From Candidatus Nealsonbacteria bacterium (GTDB lineage: Bacteria > Patescibacteriota > Minisyncoccia > Minisyncoccales > PWPS01), in the NCBI GenBank assembly GCA_003560095.1, contig PWJI01000010.1, positions 1 through 50,678 of the forward strand: a stretch of DNA of 50,678 nt. Direction: 5' to 3'. The notes below the pieces were generated by a model, which saw nothing but the letters and a program-made list of their open reading frames with translations, did not search any database and was not told where the DNA came from. Of this stretch, positions 29,938 through 37,027 are shown piece after piece. The position numbers and the translations under genes are program-made. Position 1 is the first letter of the stretch. Every line of letters begins with the position of its first letter.

Positions 29938-30609
29938 TTAAAAAAGTAGCTTTCCTATTCTAAGTACCGAAAAACACTCACAATAATTGCCTTCTCCGGT
30001 CATTACTCCTCTGTAATTATTCAAAGACCTTATTGCTTGATCATATTTTATTTCTTTAAGTTGAGATTCGTGACACTTAAGTGCTTCTTCTTTCTTGTCA
30101 ATAAATTCTGTAATATCTTCAACATAGGAAACTCTTGAAAGAGGAGTCCAAACTTCATAGCATAAAACCGTTTCTGTTTTCCAAGGGTTTTCTCCACACT
30201 CCTTAAAACAAGGCCCCTCTGCTCTCCTTATTGCTTCTTTTACTATTTTGTTTGTTTTTACATGATCAATGTGCTCATCTTTTTCATGAGGAATATAAAT
30301 TATATTGGGTCTTTCTCTTCTTATGATGCTTGTAACTCTTTCTAGATTTTTCTTGCTATAAAAAAGGTAGCCATCGTCATTTCTTAAAAACTCTACCTTC
30401 GTTACCCCCATAACCTCAAGAGCATTCTTAACCTCTTTTTCTCTTATTTTTAAAAGATCCTCTTTAGACTTATCCAAACTACCCGCATCTCCGGAAGTCA
30501 TATAAACAAATAAAACATCACCGCCCTCCTTTACTCTTTTTAAAATACTTCCTCCACAACCAAGCAAACCATCGTCAGGGTGTGGAGCAAAAACTATTAC
30601 TTTAAACAT
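29938..30609 (-). CDS. PIG-L family deacetylase
   Basis: APHPDD, R.KE, H.DH, YEVW. Confidence 0.9.
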   Translation of the reverse strand: MFKVIVFAPHPDDGLLGCGGSILKRVKEGGDVLFVYMTSGDAGSLDKSKEDLLKIREKEVKNALEVMGVTKVEFLRNDDGYLFYSKKNLERVTSIIRRERPNIIYIPHEKDEHIDHVKTNKIVKEAIRRAEGPCFKECGENPWKTETVLCYEVWTPLSRVSYVEDITEFIDKKEEALKCHESQLKEIKYDQAIRSLNNYRGVMTGEGNYCECFSVLRIGKLLF

Positions 30610-30682
30610 AAAAAATTAACTTAATTGGCTTAATATATCAAAAAATACTCTCGTCGTCTAATATTTTTATTAATCAACATAA

Positions 30683-31366
30683 TTAACAATTATTTATCAT
30701 TTTAAATTTTTCCCTAGCCTCAAAAAAGTCTTTAAAAACAAAATCTGCACCCGCTTCTTTCAAATCTTTTTCTTTGTATTTTCCGCTTGCCATTCCAATT
30801 ACACTTATGCCATTTTCTTTCCCTGCAAAAATATCTTCCGGAGTATCTCCTATATGAAAAATGTCTTTTTTATTTTTGCCCTCACTTTCCTCTTTTGCTC
30901 TTTCTATTGCTCTTTTTATTATATTAGTTCTTTTTATTTCATCACTGCCAAATGCTCCAAACTTAAAATAATGATCTATGTCCTTTTTTTTAAGTTTTTC
31001 TTGGGCAATTTCTTCCAAATTTCCGGTTGCTATTCCCAGTAAAAAATTCCTTTCTCTTAAATATTTTAAAAAACTCTCTGTTCCGGGTAAAAGAAAAATA
31101 TCTTCTTTTTTAATATCAATTAAAAAATATTTTATCATTTCCTCGAGGCACTCCTTTATTCTTAAATCAATTATTTCTTTCCTTATGCTCTTCTTTTTTA
31201 ATATTTCAATAATTATTTGCTTATCTGTCATCCCGTGGGGGTTAACTTCATAAATATCTCCCTTCACTCCGTAAACCTTTTTAAGTGCTTTAGAAAAAGA
31301 CACAAAATGAGCATTCGAAGATTTAATCAAAGTTCCGTCAATATCAAATAAAATAATTTTTGCCAT
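30683..31366 (-). CDS. HAD-family hydrolase (phosphoglycolate phosphatase-like)
   Basis: LFDIDGTL, ATGN, GAFGSD, IGDTPED. Confidence 0.9.
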   Translation of the reverse strand: MAKIILFDIDGTLIKSSNAHFVSFSKALKKVYGVKGDIYEVNPHGMTDKQIIIEILKKKSIRKEIIDLRIKECLEEMIKYFLIDIKKEDIFLLPGTESFLKYLRERNFLLGIATGNLEEIAQEKLKKKDIDHYFKFGAFGSDEIKRTNIIKRAIERAKEESEGKNKKDIFHIGDTPEDIFAGKENGISVIGMASGKYKEKDLKEAGADFVFKDFFEAREKFKMINNC

Positions 31367-31505
31367 CCTTGTTAGGTTTATTGCTCAAAAAAATAAAAAA
31401 ATTGAACTACTTGCTTTATTTCTGCTATAGTTTCATTATACTTAAAAAAAGAACTCTTTTAAAGCTTTAATCGTAAATAAGTATTGTTATAATTATAGTG
31501 CAAAA

Positions 31506-32699
31506 ATGACAGAAATATTTCCATTCTTTATCGTTCTTCTTGCCGGACTGGTTTTTTCCGGAATATTTAAAAGATTCAATGTTCCGTGGACAGTTGCTCT
31601 AATTATCGGAGGAATAATAATTGGTCCTTTTGGTTTTGAAATTATTAGTCCCGACACAACTCTAGAATTTTTAAAATATTTGGGGCTTGTTTTTTTAATG
31701 TTTATGGCAGGAATTGAAACTCGCCTCTCCGGTTTTCGTCAAGTATGGAAAGAGTCCACTTTTATAGGAACAGTAACCGGTCTTTTTCCTTTTTTGGCGG
31801 GAGCTGGTATTGGATTTTTGCTTGGCTACGATATACAGGTAATCATTCTTCTGGGAATTATCTTTACATCTTCATCTATTGCAATAGCTGTTCCTACTTT
31901 AGAATCAAAGGGCCTTTTGCATTCTAAATTAGGAAAAACCATTGTTTCTGCTATTGTGATTCAAGATATTGCCAGTCTCATAATTCTCGCTTTATTTTTG
32001 CAATATATCATACCCGGAACACTTCCTTTTCCGGTATTTATCACTCTTTTCTTTTTTGTTCTTTTTATACTCGCAGCAATAAAATGGGGAATTCCCCGCT
32101 TGCAGTGGATTTTTGACAACCAAAAAAAATTTTTAAACCCTTTTGAGAGAGATATAAGAATAGCTTTCGTTGTATTAATGGGAACAGTGATTATTTTTGA
32201 ATTTTTGGGTCTTCATGCAATTATCGGTGCTTTTCTCGCAGGGCTTATTTTATCGGAAGTTATTAAAGAAAAGTCTTTAAAAGAAAAAATACATGTAATG
32301 GCCTACGGTCTATTCATTCCCGTATTTTTTATTATGGTTGGCATAGACACCAATATAAAAATATTTCTGGAAACTCAAAATATATTACTTCTGGTTTTTG
32401 GAGTAATTCTAGCATCAATTCTTTCAAAGTTTATAAGCGGATGGATTTCTGCCAGAATGGCTGGCTTTTCTTTTAACCAATCAAGTTTAGTGGGTGGTGC
32501 CTGCGTTCCCCAATTATCAACTACTCTTGCCGTTATTGCCGTAGGACAACAACACAATCTCATACCGGAAGAATTAGTGGCAACCCTTATTATTTTAAGC
32601 ATTATAACAGTATTTATCAGCCCCCTGGTGGTAGGAAAAACTGCGCAAAAAGTAAAAGATGAATATTTTGTAACAAGCACGGAAGATAATAAAAAGTAG
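31506..32699 (+). CDS. Cation:proton antiporter (CPA2/KefB-NapA-like)
   Basis: GLVFLMFMAGIE, QD motif, IIGAFLAGL, FIPVFF. Confidence 0.9.
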   Translation: MTEIFPFFIVLLAGLVFSGIFKRFNVPWTVALIIGGIIIGPFGFEIISPDTTLEFLKYLGLVFLMFMAGIETRLSGFRQVWKESTFIGTVTGLFPFLAGAGIGFLLGYDIQVIILLGIIFTSSSIAIAVPTLESKGLLHSKLGKTIVSAIVIQDIASLIILALFLQYIIPGTLPFPVFITLFFFVLFILAAIKWGIPRLQWIFDNQKKFLNPFERDIRIAFVVLMGTVIIFEFLGLHAIIGAFLAGLILSEVIKEKSLKEKIHVMAYGLFIPVFFIMVGIDTNIKIFLETQNILLLVFGVILASILSKFISGWISARMAGFSFNQSSLVGGACVPQLSTTLAVIAVGQQHNLIPEELVATLIILSIITVFISPLVVGKTAQKVKDEYFVTSTEDNKK

Positions 32700-32705
32700 T
32701 TACAT

Positions 32706-32734
32706 TTGACAACATACTCTTCTTTTGCTATTCT
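32706..32734 (+). promoter_or_regulatory. Sigma70 promoter with extended -10
   Basis: TTGACA (32706-11), 17 bp spacer, TGcTATTCT (-10 at 32729-34). Confidence 0.8.
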
Positions 32735-32742
32735 CTACCCCA

Positions 32743-32802
32743 ATGATACAAACTAATCTTCAACTCAAGAAGGAAAAGAGCCGCTTCAAGAGAAGAGGTT
32801 AG
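32743..32802 (+). CDS. Putative attenuator leader peptide MIQTNLQLKKEKSRFKRRG
   Basis: ATG at the predicted TSS; 7 of the last 11 codons are Lys/Arg; its 3' end is complementary to the downstream terminator. Confidence 0.65.
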   Translation: MIQTNLQLKKEKSRFKRRG

Positions 32803-32821
32803 TTTTTTATTTTATTTTTTC

Positions 32822-32855
32822 AAAAAGCCTCTTCTCTAAAAGAAGGGGCTTTTTT
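32822..32855 (+). terminator. Attenuator terminator upstream of the GNAT gene
   Basis: AAAAAGCCTCTTCT-ctaaa-AGAAGGGGCTTTTTT. Confidence 0.8.
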
Positions 32856-32894
32856 AGTTCTTTTATTTATTAATTTTTAAGGGAGGTAAAAGTT

Positions 32895-33408
32895 TTGAAA
32901 ATTTTGAATGCATCACTTCTTGATAAAGAGGAAATTACAAAAATTTCTCCTCTTTTCGCAGAATGGATAAGCGAAGAAAGCTCGGGGACGCTCGCCAACA
33001 TGCTCTCTCAAAGCCCAAAAGAATTAACAGAGCAAATGAAAAAAGGTTTAACCGTTGTTGCAATAAACGACATTGATTACTTGGGTCACGCCACAGTCTG
33101 GACGTACAAATCAAAAGACTGGGCAGAGGTGGGTAGCTTTATTGTCCATCCGCTATACAGAAAAAAAGGGTATTGGTAAAAAAGTAATAAGTGAAATAGT
33201 TAAAGAATTTTCAAAAAGGTATCGGTTAATAACCACTGTAAAAACGGTAGCCGCAAAAAAAGCATTTGTTGACAATAACTTTCAAGAAAAGTCTTTCGGC
33301 TCAATTAATCAAAGACTTATTGAAGAATGCTGCCCTTGCTACAACCCCCCTACAAGATGTCCAAAAAGAGACATCAATTGCCGTCTTCTAGTTTACGACG
33401 GAACATAA
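32895..33408 (+). pseudogene. ArgA-like GNAT acetyltransferase split by a one-base insertion (or assembly error)
   Basis: ORF1 ...WAEVGSFIVHPLYRKKG and ORF2 KKGIGKKVISE join into the acetyl-CoA motif if one A is removed from the A7 run at 33161-33167; GGGAGG SD before the TTG start. Confidence 0.7.
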
Positions 33409-33410
33409 AA

Positions 33411-33442
33411 AGGGGAAGCATCGCCTTCCCCTCTTTTTTTTT
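33411..33442 (+). terminator. Intrinsic terminator after the GNAT gene
   Basis: AGGGGAAG...CTTCCCCT followed by a long T run. Confidence 0.75.
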
Positions 33443-33455
33443 ATTTAACAAAAAT

Positions 33456-34511
33456 ATGATAAATCAAAAAAGACTAATCAATAACTTTCTTGAGATGGTA
33501 AAAATTGATAGCGTTACAGGGGAAGAAAGAGAGATGAGTGATTTCGCCTTAAGCTATTTATTAAAAATGGGGCTAAGTGCAGAAAAAGACTCTTTGGGAA
33601 ATATTATTGCAAAAAATAACGGAAAAGGAGATCCTCTTTTCTTTAGTGCACATCTTGACACTGTCTCTCCCGGAAAGGGAATAATTCCGGTCATAGAAAA
33701 AAACACTATTAAAAGTAAAGGAAATACCATATTGGGAGGTGATAATAAGGCTCCTTTATCTGCAATACTCGAAGCCCTTTTTTCAACAAAAACAAAAAGA
33801 AAAATAGAAATTGCTTTTACTGTTTCTGAAGAAAGTGAAAATATAGGTGCATTGAAGTTGGATTATTCAAAAATTGAATCTAAAAAAGGTTTTTGCTTTG
33901 ATTGTGGAGAAAAAATAGGAACAATCATCTTAAAGTCCCCTTTTTATGACAGTTTTATTATAGATATTAAAGGAAAGTCTTCCCATGCCGCATTTCCCGA
34001 AAAAGGAATAAACGCCATTAAATACTCCTCTGATTTTATTAAAAAAATAAAGATAGGAAAAATCAATAACTCAACCGTTTTAAATATAGGAAAAATAAAA
34101 GGCGGAAGTTCTGTAAATACGGTTCCGGAAAAAATACTCATGGAGGGAGAAATAAGAAGCTTTAGCAAAAAAAATATAGAAAACACAGAAAAGCAACTCA
34201 ATGCTATTTCTTTAGATAACAAAAAAATTAAAAAAAATGTAAAAATAAAAAGAGAAAATGCCGGATATATTTTTAAGAAAAATAACAGAGATGTTCAGTC
34301 TATATGCAAAATTATGTCTAAAATAAAAATCGACCCGCTCTATAAATCTTCTTGGGCTTGCTCAGATGCCAATATATTTAATGAAAAAGGAATAAAAGTT
34401 CTTAACTTGGGAGATGGGGTAGAAAATATTCATACCACAAGCGAAAAGATAAAAATAAAAAATTTGATTTTGCTTACAAAATTAATAAAAAAAATAATAA
34501 AAGATTTTTAG
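33456..34511 (+). CDS. M20 family peptidase (peptidase T-like/YqjE)
   Basis: AHLDTV, LGGDNKA, SEE, GKSSHA..PEKGINAI, SDAN, IHT; start at MINQKRL. Confidence 0.88.
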   Translation: MINQKRLINNFLEMVKIDSVTGEEREMSDFALSYLLKMGLSAEKDSLGNIIAKNNGKGDPLFFSAHLDTVSPGKGIIPVIEKNTIKSKGNTILGGDNKAPLSAILEALFSTKTKRKIEIAFTVSEESENIGALKLDYSKIESKKGFCFDCGEKIGTIILKSPFYDSFIIDIKGKSSHAAFPEKGINAIKYSSDFIKKIKIGKINNSTVLNIGKIKGGSSVNTVPEKILMEGEIRSFSKKNIENTEKQLNAISLDNKKIKKNVKIKRENAGYIFKKNNRDVQSICKIMSKIKIDPLYKSSWACSDANIFNEKGIKVLNLGDGVENIHTTSEKIKIKNLILLTKLIKKIIKDF

Positions 34512-34601
34512 CATAAACTCTCTTCTCTCTCTAGAAATGCTAATAAAAAATATTACTTGCAAAAGAAATATAAGTTAAAATATTTTTCTTTTTAAAACAA
34601 A

Positions 34602-34623
34602 AAGAAGGACTTTCGTCCTTCTT
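34602..34623 (-). terminator. Intrinsic terminator after mraZ
   Basis: AAGAAGGAC-GAAA-GTCCTTCTT on the minus strand followed by Ts. Confidence 0.8.
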
Positions 34624-34626
34624 AAA

Positions 34627-34932
34627 TTAAAGTACCTGCTTAACTTCTATATATTCTTTACGGCCAACTAATTTTATTTTACTCGAATAGAATGAAACTT
34701 TTTTTCTTATCTCTTTTGGTATCATGACTCTTCCTTGAGAGTCAACCTTTTCGTCATACGCACAAGAGCATTCCTTTTTTGTAAAATCTTTCGTCGACGG
34801 ATATATTCTTACCGACAAATCCTCTGCAAGATAAAAATAAACAAAATCCCCTACCTTTTCTTTGAAAGTTTTAGGCAGTGAAAATCTCCATTTTCCATCC
34901 AATAAACGAACAAACTCCCCGCAAAAGATCAT
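34627..34932 (-). CDS. mraZ: MraZ-like AbrB-fold transcription regulator (short)
   Basis: F.GEF...LDGKWRFSLP and VDSQGRVMIP repeats, LVGRKEYIEV. Confidence 0.75.
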   Translation of the reverse strand: MIFCGEFVRLLDGKWRFSLPKTFKEKVGDFVYFYLAEDLSVRIYPSTKDFTKKECSCAYDEKVDSQGRVMIPKEIRKKVSFYSSKIKLVGRKEYIEVKQVL

Positions 34933-35046
34933 TTCGGTTCCCTCCTTTCTTTTAGTAATCTTATTTTAACATAAAAAACAAAAAATACCAATTATCTTTC
35001 CATAATTAATTAACAAAACTTTCTCTAATATTAGTAGACCTCTATA

Positions 35047-35814
35047 CTAAAACTCGGGAATCATGCTATCGATATCTATGTCATCAAAATCATCCGGAAC
35101 ATGGTCCATAATGTCATCCGGAATGTCATTCATAATATCATCCGTAGAAGTAGGAACCTCCACAACAGGAGTACCTTCGGGAAGCTCAAATTTATCATCC
35201 GAAAATTCATCAAAAACTACATTTTTTATTTCTGTTACAGTTTCGTTAATTTCAAACTTAACGGGCAAACCATGCTCTTCCCATATCCACATCTTTCCGG
35301 TAGATTCTTCGTTTTGAGCATATTCAACTACAATACACTCCATTCCGTTTACTGTTTCTCTTCCTATCACCACAGGATTTCTTTCAGGAAGTTCTTCAGC
35401 CTGATATTTGGCAGAACTTTCCTTTACTTCCTCTACATCACTAAAATCAACTTTTGTAGCCACATCTCGATCAGGAAAATAAGTATGAACTGTTCTTTCT
35501 TCGTTATCCATAATTACTACCGTCTCCTCTCCCATGACATTGCCTTCCATTCTTATTTTGTCACCTTTTTGCCACATTTTTCCTTCCAGTTTTTGAGAGG
35601 GAGAATCCATTTCCACATCATAACTTACATAACTTACTTCTTTTGCACGCTCAATTATTCCCATAAACTCTTCGTGTTCCATTTCTCCTTTTACAAAAGA
35701 TTCTTCAATATCGTTGATATCTGGATCAACTACTTCTTTATCTTCTCTTGTAAGAATAAAAGCCCCTCCTCCGACTAAAACTACAAGAGCTAAAATAATA
35801 ATAACACCTTTCAT
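35047..35814 (-). CDS. LolA/DUF4412-like exported protein
   Basis: MWQKGDKIRME...GRETVNGMECIVVEY...MWIWEEHGLPVK...FELP; acidic DDIM tail repeats. Confidence 0.65.
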   Translation of the reverse strand: MKGVIIILALVVLVGGGAFILTREDKEVVDPDINDIEESFVKGEMEHEEFMGIIERAKEVSYVSYDVEMDSPSQKLEGKMWQKGDKIRMEGNVMGEETVVIMDNEERTVHTYFPDRDVATKVDFSDVEEVKESSAKYQAEELPERNPVVIGRETVNGMECIVVEYAQNEESTGKMWIWEEHGLPVKFEINETVTEIKNVVFDEFSDDKFELPEGTPVVEVPTSTDDIMNDIPDDIMDHVPDDFDDIDIDSMIPEF

Positions 35815-35926
35815 AATTTTAAATTTTTAGATTTATAATACGACCTTATTTTTACAATAACAAAAATATTTAAAATAGCAACAACTCCTTTTTTCTTTAT
35901 ACTTTGTTTTGATGCTTTTTGTTAAT

Positions 35927-36937
35927 TTAAAACAAACCAATTATCTTACCGGTAAAAATAACATAAAGAGCAAGAAAAAATATGCCCTCCCAGTTGTGAA
36001 TTCTTCTTGATATTCCTGATATAACAAAAAGAAACGTAACAAGCACCATAAAAGGAAAGCCAATTGTTAGCGTTTGCTCGTCAATATAGATATCACGAAA
36101 AATTCCGGGAAGTCCAATAACAACAAAAGAATTAAAAACATTTGATCCAAAAACATTGCCCAGAGCAACCTCAGCTCTTCCTTTCATTGCTGCTTTAGCA
36201 GAAACAACAAGCTCGGGAAGAGACGTTCCAATAGCAACGGCAAGAATAGAAATTATCCCAACCCCTACTCCCAAAAACTCCGAAATTCCTACAACAGAAG
36301 AAACAAGATATCTTGCAGAGAAAGCAAGAACCACTCCACTAATAATTAATAACCCCCAATCTTTTACGCTTGCTTTTGGTCTTGCTTTTACCTCTTTTTC
36401 TTTTTTAATATTTGACAAAGTATTGCTACTTTCTTCTTTTTTATCTGATTTTTCATAAGCACTAATCGTATCGTCTTGATGAAATAAAGTATAAAGCAAG
36501 TAAAAACCGTAAGCTACGAGAAGAATAATTGACTCTACTCTGCTTATCATTGCAACACTTTCCTTGCCCCACGAAAAAATAACTCCGATTAAAATCACTG
36601 TAGTAATAGAAAGCAATGGAAGATCTATGTCGATAAGATTTTTTGTTATTGCTAACTTTCCACCCAAGACAGCAGAAAAACCAACAACAAGCAAAATATT
36701 GGCAACATTGGAGCCAATTGCATTAGCAGGAATCATCTCTGTTACATCCATAAAAGCAGCTGTCATTGCCGTAAAAAGCTCAGGGAAAGAAGTTCCAAAA
36801 GCAACTATGGTAACTCCAACAATAAAAGGAGAAAGACCAAGAGCTAATCCTATTTTTTCTGCACTTTTTAAAAAAAAGTCCGCACCTAAGATTAGAAGCG
36901 TAATTGAAAAAATAAAAATCAAAACATCTAATATCAT
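35927..36937 (-). CDS. Calcium/sodium antiporter (CaCA, YrbG-like)
   Basis: Two alpha repeats: GTSFPE...GSNVAN and GTSLPE...GSNVFN. Confidence 0.93.
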   Translation of the reverse strand: MILDVLIFIFSITLLILGADFFLKSAEKIGLALGLSPFIVGVTIVAFGTSFPELFTAMTAAFMDVTEMIPANAIGSNVANILLVVGFSAVLGGKLAITKNLIDIDLPLLSITTVILIGVIFSWGKESVAMISRVESIILLVAYGFYLLYTLFHQDDTISAYEKSDKKEESSNTLSNIKKEKEVKARPKASVKDWGLLIISGVVLAFSARYLVSSVVGISEFLGVGVGIISILAVAIGTSLPELVVSAKAAMKGRAEVALGNVFGSNVFNSFVVIGLPGIFRDIYIDEQTLTIGFPFMVLVTFLFVISGISRRIHNWEGIFFLALYVIFTGKIIGLF

Positions 36938-37027
36938 ATATCTAATCGCTAATAACTTTATTTAAAATTTATTATTTTTGATTTTCTATAATTTTTATTT
37001 ATCTATTAAATAAAATATAACTAACTA

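Noticed and set aside
33160..33170. Programmed -1 frameshift at A_AAA_AAG
   Set aside because: Joining the GNAT halves needs a +1 shift (loss of one base), not -1.
33327..33455. N-terminal extension of the M20 peptidase ORF
   Set aside because: It overlaps the GNAT tail and a terminator; family-like sequence starts at MINQKRL (33456).
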